Positions 31,460 to 44,849 of a DNA stretch of 64,000 nucleotides are shown piece after piece. Location: the sequence record PQ493298; one strand, given 5' to 3'. How positions within the stretch are numbered: position 1 is the first letter of the stretch; each line of letters starts with the position of its first letter. The translations under genes and the position numbers were made by a program. The DNA is from Escherichia phage EPIMAM01. The notes under the pieces are model-generated. The model made no database searches and had not been told where the DNA came from. It saw only the letters and a list, made by a program, of their open reading frames with translations.

Positions 31460-31652
31460 TACTTATAATTTCAACATCAGCCCAATGACCATAGCAAGGA
31501 AGACGAAATTCAACTGGCCAGTTAGGGTCCTTTTCTAATATAATAGACTGAACTTGTGGCTCTTCATATTCATCGGTATACGGACCTTTATACGTTACTT
31601 TATATGTGACCTTAATGTACTTAATTCCAAAAATCTTATTAATTATATTCAT
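31446..31652 (-). CDS. hypothetical protein
   Basis: 68 aa ORF in co-oriented early cluster. Confidence 0.45.
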   Translation of the reverse strand: MNIINKIFGIKYIKVTYKVTYKGPYTDEYEEPQVQSIILEKDPNWPVEFRLPCYGHWADVEIISIENV

Positions 31653-31846
31653 ACTAATTCCTTTAATCCGTAAATAGGAGATAATTCATCACCCATACGA
31701 AGGTCTTCATTTCCATCTACCCAGGAAACAATATAAGCCTCTTTTATTTGAATACCACTCCATTTAAATGGAGGTAGAACCTTAGAAATTAATCCAGGTA
31801 TACCAACTCCCTTTAATTCAACAGTTTGACCTAAAAAGAATTTCAT
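31649..31846 (-). CDS. hypothetical protein
   Basis: 65 aa ORF with 4-nt overlaps to neighbours. Confidence 0.45.
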   Translation of the reverse strand: MKFFLGQTVELKGVGIPGLISKVLPPFKWSGIQIKEAYIVSWVDGNEDLRMGDELSPIYGLKELV

Positions 31847-32133
31847 TAGAACCTCATCTGAAAGCCATGCGATTTAACATTACCGCCGCCAATATCAGAA
31901 ATATTAATTTCACGCGCAATTGAAGGGTCAATGTCAATTTCACGATTGAGTTTAGTGATAGCTAAAGTATCGCGCCCATTTACAGTACGGAACTCTAAAG
32001 GACATACTACATTAACGTAGTTTTTAATCGATTCACTGGTAGGTTGCAAATGAGCAGGAAGGTCTTTAGGTGCCTTTGAGAAAACCACTTCACAGAAATT
32101 TTTGCGGGTATCAAAATAAGTAGTCATAAACAT
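31846..32133 (-). CDS. hypothetical protein
   Basis: 95 aa ORF. Confidence 0.5.
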   Translation of the reverse strand: MFMTTYFDTRKNFCEVVFSKAPKDLPAHLQPTSESIKNYVNVVCPLEFRTVNGRDTLAITKLNREIDIDPSIAREINISDIGGGNVKSHGFQMRF

Positions 32134-32150
32134 AGTATTTTCCTCAGTAA

Positions 32151-32164
32151 GGGGCCGAAGCCCC
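32151..32164. terminator. stem-loop GGGGCC-GAAG-CCCC
   Basis: Perfect inverted repeat in intergenic gap. Confidence 0.55.
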
Positions 32165-32174
32165 TCATTTTATT

Positions 32175-32540
32175 TTAAATATCAAATTCGTTAAGAACTA
32201 CATCAAAGATTGCTTCAAGATGCTCAGGTTTAGCTCTGTTACTCAGAATATGACGAATCCAAGTTTTAACCAGAAGCTTGCGATTAACGCCATTCCAGCA
32301 AGGATGAGTCCCTAAATCGCGTTGACGAAAATCATCATCCAAAGCGATTTTGAAGTTGGAACCTTCCATTGTGATTGAAACCGTGATGCCATTTTCAAAT
32401 CGCATATAAACGTAGTTAGGAGTCATATACTGTTCAATTTCGCATACTGATCCATTTTGATGTTTCCAAAGGCAAATAGTATCAATAGAACCTGCAATAC
32501 CATTAGAAACATATTTACGTTCAAAGTTGATGTAGTTCAT
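32175..32540 (-). CDS. hypothetical protein
   Basis: 121 aa ORF. Confidence 0.55.
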   Translation of the reverse strand: MNYINFERKYVSNGIAGSIDTICLWKHQNGSVCEIEQYMTPNYVYMRFENGITVSITMEGSNFKIALDDDFRQRDLGTHPCWNGVNRKLLVKTWIRHILSNRAKPEHLEAIFDVVLNEFDI

Positions 32541-32608
32541 TTTTATTCTCCGAGATGTTTAATTGCGGTACAGGTATATAATATCATATCCTGTACCAAA
32601 GTAAACAA

Positions 32609-32941
32609 TTATTTTACTACTTTCCAGTGCTGCATGTCAAGTTTACCAACTTTTTTCATCTTCTCAATTAAGCGTTCGGCGCGTTGGCGAGCTGTAACAT
32701 AATACCATTCACCCAATTCATTTTGTTCAATTTTTCCAACGATTACTGTGTTCAATTCATAAATCCAACCAGTAAAGAAATTATGAACTTGAATTGTAAA
32801 GGTGAAATCTGTTCCCATACCTTCTGTTGTTTCTACTTCAATAATATTACCTTCAACTGCCATTAAGAACCACATAGTTTCATCATATTTACCATTGAAG
32901 CATTTAGTTTTAACTGTAGCGTTCAGATTAATCGTTTTCAT
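32609..32941 (-). CDS. hypothetical protein
   Basis: 110 aa ORF. Confidence 0.55.
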   Translation of the reverse strand: MKTINLNATVKTKCFNGKYDETMWFLMAVEGNIIEVETTEGMGTDFTFTIQVHNFFTGWIYELNTVIVGKIEQNELGEWYYVTARQRAERLIEKMKKVGKLDMQHWKVVK

Positions 32942-33028
32942 TTTATTCTCCTTTGTTTGTGTAAGATAATACTATCACAAAGGAACCATACTGTAAACAA
33001 CTTTGTGCAATCTTTGGAAAATAAAAAA

Positions 33029-33046
33029 GGACTCCCGAAGGAGTCC
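33029..33046. terminator. stem-loop GGACTCC-CGAA-GGAGTCC
   Basis: Perfect 7-bp stem preceded by A-run. Confidence 0.6.
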
Positions 33047-33051
33047 TCAAC

Positions 33052-33228
33052 TTATGCTTTCTGCTTACCAAAACGAGAAGCATCATCTCGAAGAACCGCA
33101 CGTGCTCGGCGCATGATCTTCTCAACAGTTTGATTGATACGAGAGTTCGACCCACGCTTGTAACCAGCGCGTTTAGAATCACCAACTTTCTTTTCAACTG
33201 CTTTCTTTGCTTTAGCTTGTTTTGCCAT
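33052..33228 (-). CDS. small lysine/arginine-rich protein
   Basis: 58 aa from internal ATG (MAKQAKAKK...); ORF-track start further upstream judged less likely. Confidence 0.45.
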   Translation of the reverse strand: MAKQAKAKKAVEKKVGDSKRAGYKRGSNSRINQTVEKIMRRARAVLRDDASRFGKQKA

Positions 33229-33347
33229 TATAAATTCTCTTTTAAATGAAAATGCAGGACTTATTGGCATTGCCTGCGAAAGCCCTCAAGGGGTACTTAG
33301 GTTTTGAATATTTACCGACAGGATAACCATAAACCTCGTCAACATAA

Positions 33348-33596
33348 TTACTTCAGTGTTACCACAAAGTGACGAACTGCTTTTCGTGCGGCAGAAGCCA
33401 GAGGCTTAGCATATTTAAGTTCATCTTTTTCCTGAAGCTCAGCAGCTAATGCAGTTTGAGCAGGATTCAGATGTTTGAAATAACGCAGGATTTCAAGAGC
33501 TTCGGCTTCAACATCAATAGATGCGCCATAGTTTTCGTGACCATTATTCCATGCGTTTCGTTGCAGTTCAAGAGCGTGTTGTAATTGTTTAATCAT
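33348..33596 (-). CDS. rIII: rIII lysis-inhibition accessory protein
   Basis: 82 aa, same as T4 rIII; position immediately downstream of gene 31. Confidence 0.8.
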   Translation of the reverse strand: MIKQLQHALELQRNAWNNGHENYGASIDVEAEALEILRYFKHLNPAQTALAAELQEKDELKYAKPLASAARKAVRHFVVTLK

Positions 33597-33743
33597 TTAA
33601 AAATTCTCGTTAGAGATTAAAACTCGGTAGTCACGTTCTTCTGAATTTCATCTTCTTTCGACAGATCTCTCAGTTGTAGACTACCACATAGAATTGTTCG
33701 GTTAACTTATTATTCCGACACCCAATTCATATTATTATTTATA

Positions 33744-34079
33744 TCACTTATAAAGACACGGAATAGCTTTATAGTGACAGGTAACGAATTTTTGTTTAAT
33801 TTCTTTTGGCTGCTTAAGACCCAGAGCTACAAAAGGATGCGGAACGTTTCGAATTTGACCAACTGGAAGAGAAGTCAAATCACCAACTTCACAGAAACCT
33901 TCAGGAACATCAGGACCAACAGAGTGAACTACACACAGTTCAGGAACTTCACCTTGAACACGTTTACCGATAATAAGTCCTGATTCTGTAACTTCTTCAT
34001 CACCGGCTTGTGCAGGTTCAGAAACTAAAATAACATATTCACCGACAGCACGAATTGGTAGCTGTTGTACTTCAGACAT
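33744..34079 (-). CDS. 31: co-chaperonin gp31 (GroES analogue)
   Basis: 111 aa; matches remembered T4 gp31. Confidence 0.92.
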
Positions 34080-34135
34080 CGTTTTTCCTTTTTGTTAACA
34101 GATGAATTAATAATAACAAATAATTCTTAAAGCAT

Positions 34136-34444
34136 TTATTTACCAATAAATTGAAGCAAATGCTCAGCTTTCATACCATTAACGGAAATCAATTTGTCAA
34201 TAGAAAAACCTCGCCATGCACCAAGCTCAACATCAAATACTGGAATCATATCAGTAGATTCTTTCCGAGCAGATTCAGTCAATTTACCAGTTTGCATGGT
34301 TGGCATAAAGTCCGCATCACGAGTGCATTTCATAGTACGAATAGTACCATCAGACTTTTCAAAAACTACGTTTGAAACCCCCATGGACAATTTAGTTTTC
34401 AAAATTTCACGAATTGCTACTTTCTGTTCAGTTGTCAGTTTCAC
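34136..34444 (-). CDS. hypothetical protein (31.1 position)
   Basis: 102 aa ORF. Confidence 0.6.
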   Translation of the reverse strand: MKLTTEQKVAIREILKTKLSMGVSNVVFEKSDGTIRTMKCTRDADFMPTMQTGKLTESARKESTDMIPVFDVELGAWRGFSIDKLISVNGMKAEHLLQFIGK

Positions 34445-34681
34445 TTATTTACCTATTACAGTTTTAATATGGGTTGTTCCACGTTCTTTAAGAGTGGAAA
34501 GCAATTTTTGGCATTTTTCTAAATCAGATTTCCAACTATACGGCCTATCAATACTAGTCCAATCAGTTTTATAATACTGTTTCCATTTAGAGAAAAAATA
34601 TTTCTTATACTCTACAGCAAATGAAATGTTCTCGTTGGAATAAGAACTAATTGCTGTGAGCTGTACCAAACGAAATTTCAT
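34445..34681 (-). CDS. hypothetical protein (31.2 position)
   Basis: 78 aa ORF coupled to cd. Confidence 0.5.
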   Translation of the reverse strand: MKFRLVQLTAISSYSNENISFAVEYKKYFFSKWKQYYKTDWTSIDRPYSWKSDLEKCQKLLSTLKERGTTHIKTVIGK

Positions 34682-35262
34682 TATTCACCACAGAATTCGT
34701 TGATATTTTCCCAGTTTAACTTATTCAAGTTTTTCTTAGGAACATTAAACACTTCAATACCTGCATTTCGCAGAATATCATCCCAGCCAGGTTTATTTTT
34801 ATCGTATGTTTCGCAATAAACCAGCTTTTTAATACCAGATTGAGCTATCGCTTTTGCGCAATCTGGGCAAGGAGAAAGTGTTACATACATAGTAGCACCT
34901 TCAATTGAAGAACCGTTTCGTGCAGCAAACAAAATCGCATTTAGTTCAGCATGAATTTCATTTTTAGACGACCATTCAGAGTGCGCGCTACGGTGTTCTT
35001 TCGCCAAGACAAAACGATCAGTTGAACCAAATGATACACATTCAGGCTTATGACCTTGAATGATAGTATGTTTAGGCTTATTCAACAACCAACCTTGCTC
35101 AGCAGCATAATCACAACAGTTCACACCCCCGGCAGGTGAACCATTATATCCGGTAGAAATAATACGTCCATTCTTTTCAATTACTGCTCCTACCTTCCAG
35201 GAGCAACATTTTGATTCTTGCGATACTAAATATGCAATTTGAAGTACTGTACTCGCTTTCAT
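34681..35262 (-). CDS. cd: dCMP deaminase
   Basis: 193 aa; zinc-binding HAELNAI and PCPDCAK motifs of cytidine/dCMP deaminases. Confidence 0.92.
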   Translation of the reverse strand: MKASTVLQIAYLVSQESKCCSWKVGAVIEKNGRIISTGYNGSPAGGVNCCDYAAEQGWLLNKPKHTIIQGHKPECVSFGSTDRFVLAKEHRSAHSEWSSKNEIHAELNAILFAARNGSSIEGATMYVTLSPCPDCAKAIAQSGIKKLVYCETYDKNKPGWDDILRNAGIEVFNVPKKNLNKLNWENINEFCGE

Positions 35263-35597
35263 TTCATAATCACCAGATAAGCAGATTTAGCAGTTTCAAC
35301 ACGATAAATTTCGTGACGAAGTTTAGTTATACTTTTAATAACAGAACTAATTATATTCTGCCCATCTTTAAAGCGGTTTTTCTTATCAATAAAAATTGCA
35401 CCAGCCATCTTTTTGTGAAGCTCAACTGGATACTTCGTCACAATAATAGCATCATACACAGAAGGATGAATACTGTTCACCAGAGTATCGTTCATTAAAG
35501 TTATTCTAATGAACTGTGCTGTTTCAGAATCAAGCGCTCTATGATCGCCAGTATCATTTTCAAGACAATTATCAATTATATCAGTTAAATTCATCAT
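35259..35597 (-). CDS. hypothetical protein
   Basis: 112 aa ORF, 4-nt overlap with cd. Confidence 0.55.
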   Translation of the reverse strand: MMNLTDIIDNCLENDTGDHRALDSETAQFIRITLMNDTLVNSIHPSVYDAIIVTKYPVELHKKMAGAIFIDKKNRFKDGQNIISSVIKSITKLRHEIYRVETAKSAYLVIMK

Positions 35598-35830
35598 AGT
35601 ACGCCATACACCCTTTGTGCTTCAACTAATCCATCAAAATCCAGTTTAAGATGTGTTATTTGGTCACCATCACCTGGATTCACAATTACTAATACTGAAC
35701 GAGGAGTTTCGGTAATAACGCGAACCGATGTTTCTGGAAATCGTTCAGAAACCTTATTTACCAATTCCTGAGCAAATAGTTTAACTTTTTCTTGGAATTC
35801 TTTGACAGTAATTGGTTTTTCACTTAGCAT
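35594..35830 (-). CDS. hypothetical protein
   Basis: 78 aa ORF. Confidence 0.5.
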   Translation of the reverse strand: MLSEKPITVKEFQEKVKLFAQELVNKVSERFPETSVRVITETPRSVLVIVNPGDGDQITHLKLDFDGLVEAQRVYGVL

Positions 35831-36354
35831 GTTGATCCCAGCTCCTTACTTTCAACGTTTTTGACTAATTTAACAGAAACTAATTCAGCATCTTGTGTAA
35901 TCATTACCGGGCCTTCTTCATACTCTTCAAGATATTCTAGAGCTTTCTTTTTAGCTTCTTCCTTCGTATCAGTTTGAGCATAGATATAAAACATGCAACC
36001 ACCAGTAATACCTACTACTTTCCACTTAATTTCTTTATCAGTTTTAATTTCAAATTTACTGACAGAATCATCTTTTTGAACTTCTTCGAAAAAAGAATAT
36101 TCTAACATATAAGCAATTGAAAATAGCGGGCTAACTTTATAGGATTCGCCCATTACATCAACAGCTTTATACCAGCGGTCATCAATTTCGCGTTTAATGC
36201 TAATAACATTTTTCGCAGGATCTATTTTTACTTTAAATGAATTTTCCCCAATAAACTGGGCAATTCGTTTATTAGCCCCGCAAGTTTCATTAAAAATATC
36301 TTTATATCCAGCTTTAAAGCGATAAACCTTATCTTCTTCAAACCATTCGCTCAT
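35824..36354 (-). CDS. hypothetical protein
   Basis: 176 aa ORF. Confidence 0.6.
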   Translation of the reverse strand: MSEWFEEDKVYRFKAGYKDIFNETCGANKRIAQFIGENSFKVKIDPAKNVISIKREIDDRWYKAVDVMGESYKVSPLFSIAYMLEYSFFEEVQKDDSVSKFEIKTDKEIKWKVVGITGGCMFYIYAQTDTKEEAKKKALEYLEEYEEGPVMITQDAELVSVKLVKNVESKELGSTC

Positions 36355-36416
36355 TTCAATTTCCTCATTTGTTTTGGTAGAGCTATAATATCACAACTCT
36401 ACCATAAAGTAAACTA

Positions 36417-36692
36417 TTAAATTGCTTTGAATTCTGATGTCTGCGATTCAAAACGAATATCACCTTTGATGACTAGCTCAGCGTCAAGACCGAATACGAC
36501 AATGATATGCGCGGAACCTGGATACAGCGTAATGGCAATAGAATCCACCTGGTCTGGAAGCAAAGTGTTCAATACATGAGTCACTTGAGCATGAATTCGA
36601 AGCTCGGCAGCGTTATCAAGCTTTTCAAACATATTATTAGCAATAATTTGGCTAAACACTACTTCTACGATTTTAGAATAAGTCGGAAACAT
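36417..36692 (-). CDS. hypothetical protein
   Basis: 91 aa ORF. Confidence 0.5.
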   Translation of the reverse strand: MFPTYSKIVEVVFSQIIANNMFEKLDNAAELRIHAQVTHVLNTLLPDQVDSIAITLYPGSAHIIVVFGLDAELVIKGDIRFESQTSEFKAI

Positions 36693-36694
36693 AT

Positions 36695-36887
36695 TTACCT
36701 CACATAATTTTCTTCAAGCCAATCAATAACATCCAACGCATTATCAAAAGTTGAACCATCTACTTTGTCTTCTGTTTCATAATCAAGAACATCTAAGCCT
36801 ACTCTTCCATCAACAATAGGCCATAAACAAAATAGATATTTCTTTTCTTTTTCAATTTTATCACAAAGCCGATAAATCTTTTCTATG

Positions 36888-36895
<8 letters not shown>
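36695..36895 (-). CDS. hypothetical protein
   Basis: 66 aa ORF. Confidence 0.45.
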
Positions 36896-38307
<1,412 letters not shown>

Positions 38308-38310
38308 TTA

Positions 38311-38535
38311 TTATTTCTCAACCAATGATTGAATATAATCATGTAAGTCTTTAGATGCTTTACCCCACTTATTTTGGTATTCATTTTTAAGATTAGCACG
38401 AGATTGAGCTAATAAAACATCATTAGTTGGAGGTAAAGATTCTAACCGCTGAATCTGGCGTCCGTAAATCATTGCAGCCATCTCGGATTCATAAATCAAT
38501 CCTTTGAGATGTTCAAATTGATGCCATGAAATCAT
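38311..38535 (-). CDS. hypothetical protein
   Basis: 74 aa ORF. Confidence 0.5.
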   Translation of the reverse strand: MISWHQFEHLKGLIYESEMAAMIYGRQIQRLESLPPTNDVLLAQSRANLKNEYQNKWGKASKDLHDYIQSLVEK

Positions 38536-38831
38536 TTACATTTATCCTCTTTTAACTCTTGACGATAATAACATATCATAGTTTTCTGATCATGTACATA
38601 TCGTTTTACATCATTAAGCCAAATACGAAATTCCTGGGAATCTTCGAATGGCATACCGACCCAAGCTTTACCATCAATAACTTTAACTTGCCAGGATAGT
38701 TTAGCTTCATCGTATGACTTTATTTGTACTGGCCAATTAGGATGAACTGTTTCTTTCTTTACTTCTAGAGGCTTTGTCGAACAACCAACTAGAAGACCAA
38801 TAGATAATATTACTGCTGATAGTTTAATCAT
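38532..38831 (-). CDS. outer-membrane spanin lipoprotein (o-spanin)
   Basis: 99 aa; signal peptide with lipobox LLVGC; 4-nt overlap with upstream i-spanin-like gene. Confidence 0.7.
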   Translation of the reverse strand: MIKLSAVILSIGLLVGCSTKPLEVKKETVHPNWPVQIKSYDEAKLSWQVKVIDGKAWVGMPFEDSQEFRIWLNDVKRYVHDQKTMICYYRQELKEDKCK

Positions 38832-39181
38832 TTAGAAAGGTCCTGGATGTCTTCTGCGAACTTGTTGAAGGAGTTGTTGATTTGTTTTTCAACCAATCCT
38901 GGCTTATGAGCCACCACATCCGCCTTCTTTGCGTCTTTGCGCAGTTTTTCATTTTCACGCTCAATAGCAGCAATTGCCTCACGATTTTTATTATTCATCG
39001 CATCAATATAATTATACTGAATTCGCAAATTATTTAATGCTAAAGCGTTTTCATTGGCCGTTTTTGTAATTTCTACAACAGACGTTTCTAATCTTTCAAT
39101 TTTATTTTTTAAAATTAAAGAAGTTCCGCCCAATGCAATTACAATTAATAGCAAACCTGTTGTCGTATTACTTAATTGCAT
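38828..39181 (-). CDS. inner-membrane spanin (i-spanin)
   Basis: 117 aa; N-terminal transmembrane helix then coiled-coil-like periplasmic region; immediately upstream of lipoprotein gene. Confidence 0.7.
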   Translation of the reverse strand: MQLSNTTTGLLLIVIALGGTSLILKNKIERLETSVVEITKTANENALALNNLRIQYNYIDAMNNKNREAIAAIERENEKLRKDAKKADVVAHKPGLVEKQINNSFNKFAEDIQDLSK

Positions 39182-39678
39182 AAAGTTTTAATAACCTCTA
39201 TAATATCGTCTTGAGAAAGACCGTTAATTAAAATATGATGTTCAGCCGGAGATTTAGAAATTTTAAAGCATGCCTCAACATCTTCTGCCATATCTGATGC
39301 GCTACGATTTGGATTACTAATTCCAAGACGATGTTTTCCCGTTAAAGGATTAACGATGATATAGCATTTACAGTTGTTAATATGAACATTAGGTTGAGTC
39401 TGATTAATGAATACATCACAATCATATTTCGCAAGCTGATTTTCTAAAAAGACTTTCATCTCCTCAACCGCATCAGGAAGCATATCACGAGCTTGCTCAA
39501 GACGACGATTTCGATATTCTTTAATGGTCGTTTTCCGCTTGACTTGTTTAGCTAAATCTTTCTTAAGATCGGTGATATATCCAACTCGACGATTTCCTTT
39601 AAATACAGAAATCCCATCTGTAGTATCACCGTATGCTTCAACGACCATCTCAGTAGTAATAAGCTGCAAATCCATCAT
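39172..39678 (-). CDS. alc: Alc, inhibitor of host transcription (by synteny)
   Basis: 167-168 aa depending on which of two adjacent Met codons is used; located between spanins and rnlA as in T4. Confidence 0.7.
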   Translation of the reverse strand: MMDLQLITTEMVVEAYGDTTDGISVFKGNRRVGYITDLKKDLAKQVKRKTTIKEYRNRRLEQARDMLPDAVEEMKVFLENQLAKYDCDVFINQTQPNVHINNCKCYIIVNPLTGKHRLGISNPNRSASDMAEDVEACFKISKSPAEHHILINGLSQDDIIEVIKTLCN

Positions 39679-39694
39679 AAAGTCCTCATGTTAT

Positions 39695-39736
39695 GTCAGT
39701 AAGACTACTGTAACACAACACGAGGGACTTGTAAAC
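39695..39736 (-). promoter_or_regulatory. early promoter module (GTTTAC -35) upstream of alc, near-identical to the one at 23975-24017
   Basis: About 50 nt shared almost exactly between the two sites. Confidence 0.55.
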
Positions 39737-39739
39737 AGC

Positions 39740-41327
<1,588 letters not shown>

Positions 41328-41335
41328 AATAAAAT

Positions 41336-41349
41336 GGGCCTTGCGGCCC
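41336..41349. terminator. stem-loop GGGCC-TTGC-GGCCC
   Basis: Perfect inverted repeat between nrdB stop and denA start. Confidence 0.5.
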
Positions 41350-41354
41350 ACTCC

Positions 41355-42533
41355 TTAAAAATATTTTTTAAAACTCATCATAACTTTATCATCAACATCA
41401 TTATCAATCTGTGCTACAAGATAAGATGAAAGTTCTACTTCTTGTGGCGCGGATTGAACATTATCAGAATTAAGGTATTCACGAATCCAAGGATACGGAT
41501 GTTTAACCGGAGCATCGGTAATTGGGCATGGAAGACCACACTGTTTCATACGAGATACAGTCAAGTAATCAATAAAGTTCCACATGCTATTTGTATTTAA
41601 TCCAGGAACATCGCCATCTTTAAATAAATGAACTGCCCAGTCTTTTTCTTGACGGTTAACTTCCATGAAAATATCAACTGCTTCTTGTTCACACTCTTGG
41701 GCGATTTTAACCCATTCATCACCATCAGTGCCAAGTTGAAGTTGACGAATAATATATTGGGTGCCTTTAAGGTGAAGCTGCTCATCACGTGCAATGAACT
41801 TCATAATCTTGGCATTACCTTCCATGATTTCCATGTTCTTATGGAAGTTAAAGGTACATGCAAAAGATACATAAAAACGAATAGCTTCCAATGCGTTGAT
41901 TACATGCAGACAAAGGTAAAGAGAACGCATTAGTTCGTATTTGCATTCTTCTACATGCATAAGGCTATTTGAATATGCGTCCAAATCATATTCATTCTCT
42001 GAAAAACACCTAAAAATTTCTTTTGCGTTTTCCCATTCACGAGTTTTCTCAATAACATCATCATAATAACGACCAATAGATTCAGCACGTTTCATGATAG
42101 CTTTATCTAATACAATCTCATCAAATACCTTTGACGGATCAGTATAAAGATTTCGCATGATATGAGTATATGAACGACTGTGAATAGTTTCGCTAAAAGT
42201 CCATGTAGCAACCCATGTATCAAGGCTTGGATCTGAAATTAATGACATAAGTACAGCAGACGGTGCACGACCCTGAATGCTATCCAAAAGTGATTGATAC
42301 TTCAGGTTATTAGTAAAAATATCTTGCTGATACTGGGGAAGCTTGTTAAATTGTGCAGCATCCATCATCAAGTTTACTTCTTCAGGACGCCAGAAAAATG
42401 ACAACTGCTTTTCGGTTAAATCTTCAAAAACTTTATGACGTTGAATATCATAACGCGCAATACCAAGACCTGAACCGAAGAACATAGGTTCTTTTAAAAC
42501 ATCAACTGGATTTGTATTAAAAACTGTGCTCAT
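41355..42533 (-). CDS. nrdB: ribonucleotide reductase beta subunit, intronless
   Basis: 392 aa uninterrupted ORF; di-iron ligand-type EExxH segments; synteny. Confidence 0.93.
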   Translation of the reverse strand: MSTVFNTNPVDVLKEPMFFGSGLGIARYDIQRHKVFEDLTEKQLSFFWRPEEVNLMMDAAQFNKLPQYQQDIFTNNLKYQSLLDSIQGRAPSAVLMSLISDPSLDTWVATWTFSETIHSRSYTHIMRNLYTDPSKVFDEIVLDKAIMKRAESIGRYYDDVIEKTREWENAKEIFRCFSENEYDLDAYSNSLMHVEECKYELMRSLYLCLHVINALEAIRFYVSFACTFNFHKNMEIMEGNAKIMKFIARDEQLHLKGTQYIIRQLQLGTDGDEWVKIAQECEQEAVDIFMEVNRQEKDWAVHLFKDGDVPGLNTNSMWNFIDYLTVSRMKQCGLPCPITDAPVKHPYPWIREYLNSDNVQSAPQEVELSSYLVAQIDNDVDDKVMMSFKKYF

Positions 42534-42584
42534 AAATTTTCCGCTTAGTTAATAGATAGTGACTCGTCCGTGAGTCAAATTATA

Positions 42585-44849
42585 TCATAATTTACAGGAT
42601 GAACAATCTTCAGCTTTTGGAGTTTCTATTTCATAATCATCAGTACCAGAACCGTCACGGGTATTATGATAATAGAAATTTTTTCCGCCAAAATACCAAA
42701 AATACAAAAGGTCATCAATCATTATTGACATTGGAACCTTTCCTTTTGGAAAAATCTGCGGGTCATAATATGTATTCGCTGAAGCTGATTGACACACCCA
42801 TTTCAGCATAATAGCTACTTGCGTAAGATAAGGTTTATTGCCTTTCTTAGCTAATTTCCATGTATAATCATAGAGGTCTATGTTGTGCTCAATATTGGGC
42901 ACGACTTGATTAAAGGAGCCCTCTTTTGATTCTTTAACAGAGACTGGTCCACGTGGAGGCTCGATACCGTTTGTACTGTTAGAAACTTGGGAAGATGACT
43001 CACATGGCATAAGTGCTGATAATGTGCTATTACGGATGCCAAAGAGCTTAAGGTCTTCCCGCAGCGACGACCAGTCACAAACGTATTTTGGAGCTGCGAT
43101 TTGGTCAATCTTTTTATTGTACCAGTCGATAGGTAATTCGCCTCGAGACCAACGAGTGTCTGAATAATATTCGCAAGGTCCTTTTTCTTTGGCGAGCTTA
43201 ATGGATGCTTTAATGAGTCCATACTGTAGTCTCTCAAATAGTTCATGTGTTAAATCGTTAGCATCTTCATAAGAAGCAAAATTACTTGCCAGCCAAGCTG
43301 CATAGTTAGTAACACCTACGCCAAGGTTTCGACGTTTTTTAGCTTTTTCTGCTTCAGGAACTGGATATCCTTGGTAATCCAAAAGATTATCAAGAGCACG
43401 AACTTGGACTTCTGCCAATTCATTAATTTTATCTTGGTCTTGCCAATCGAAGTTATCTAACACAAATGCAGATAACGTACACAATCCAATTTCAGCATCA
43501 GGACTATTCACATCATTTGTTGGAATAGCAATTTCACAACACAAGTTGCTCTGACGAATAGGTGCCTTTTCACGAATAAACGGAGTATAGTTATTCGTAT
43601 TATCAATGAACTGTACATAAATCCTTGCTGTTCCTGAGCGTTCAGTCATGAGCAATTCAAACAGTTCACGGGCTTTAATACGCTTTTTACGAATATTAGG
43701 GTCTTTTTCTGCAGCTTCGTATAATTCACGGAAACGGTCTTGGTCTTTAAAATAAGAATAGTAAAGTTCGCCACCCATTTCATGCGGACTGAACAAAGTA
43801 ATGTAATCATTCTTTCCAAATCGTTCCATCATCAAATCATTCAGCTGGACGCCATAATCCATATGACGGATACGGTTTTCTTCTACACCTTTGTTATTTT
43901 TCAAAACGAGAAGATTTTCAACTTCCAAATGCCAAATAGGATAATAAGCAGTAGCAGCGCCGCCACGAATTCCACCCTGTGAGCATGATTTAACAGCAGT
44001 TTGAAAATGTTTCCAAAAAGGAATAACACCAGTATGACGCACTTCACCCATTCCAATCTTAGAACCTTCGGCACGAATCATACCAACGTTAATACCAATT
44101 CCAGCGCGTTTGGAGATATATTCAACAATTGAAGCGGAAGCCTTATTGATAGACTTTAATGAATCACCTGCCTCAATAACAACGCATGAACTAAACTGCC
44201 GAGTTGGAGTACGGCAACCAGCCATAATAGGAGTTGGCAGTGAAATCTGTCGAGTAGATACTGCTTCATAAAAACGAATAACATGTTTTAATCTATCAAC
44301 AGGTTCATCTTGATGCAATGCCATTCCAATAGTCATAAATGCAAACTGTGGAGTTTCATAAATTTGACCAGTGGTTTTATCTTTAACTAGATATTTTTCT
44401 TTTAATTGCATCGCCCCGGAATAAGTAAATTCCATATCCCGTTCGTGCTTAATTTTTGATTCTAAAAATGTAATTTCTTCTGCTGAATATTTTGACAACA
44501 ATTCAGGGTCGTATTTACCTTCATTTACACAGTAAGAAATATGGTCAATAAATGAACGTGGTTCATACTGCCCGTAAACATGCTTACGAAGAGCGAACAT
44601 TAAGCAGCGTGCAGCTACATATTGATAATCAGGCTCTTCAACTGAAATAGAATTCGCAGCAGCCTTAATTACAATGGTTTGAATGTCATCAGTTGTCATT
44701 CCATCACGGAGATATGATTTAATATTTTCATATAATTCATAAGGATCTACAGATGTTCCTTCAGCTGCCCAAGATAAAACTTTAATAATTTTTTGTGGGT
44801 CAAAGCTCTGAGAAACACCACTACTTTTGATAACATTAATTAATTGCAT
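42585..44849 (-). CDS. nrdA: ribonucleotide reductase alpha subunit
   Basis: 754 aa; ends in CSSCKL-type C-terminal tail; class I RNR features. Confidence 0.95.
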   Translation of the reverse strand: MQLINVIKSSGVSQSFDPQKIIKVLSWAAEGTSVDPYELYENIKSYLRDGMTTDDIQTIVIKAAANSISVEEPDYQYVAARCLMFALRKHVYGQYEPRSFIDHISYCVNEGKYDPELLSKYSAEEITFLESKIKHERDMEFTYSGAMQLKEKYLVKDKTTGQIYETPQFAFMTIGMALHQDEPVDRLKHVIRFYEAVSTRQISLPTPIMAGCRTPTRQFSSCVVIEAGDSLKSINKASASIVEYISKRAGIGINVGMIRAEGSKIGMGEVRHTGVIPFWKHFQTAVKSCSQGGIRGGAATAYYPIWHLEVENLLVLKNNKGVEENRIRHMDYGVQLNDLMMERFGKNDYITLFSPHEMGGELYYSYFKDQDRFRELYEAAEKDPNIRKKRIKARELFELLMTERSGTARIYVQFIDNTNNYTPFIREKAPIRQSNLCCEIAIPTNDVNSPDAEIGLCTLSAFVLDNFDWQDQDKINELAEVQVRALDNLLDYQGYPVPEAEKAKKRRNLGVGVTNYAAWLASNFASYEDANDLTHELFERLQYGLIKASIKLAKEKGPCEYYSDTRWSRGELPIDWYNKKIDQIAAPKYVCDWSSLREDLKLFGIRNSTLSALMPCESSSQVSNSTNGIEPPRGPVSVKESKEGSFNQVVPNIEHNIDLYDYTWKLAKKGNKPYLTQVAIMLKWVCQSASANTYYDPQIFPKGKVPMSIMIDDLLYFWYFGGKNFYYHNTRDGSGTDDYEIETPKAEDCSSCKL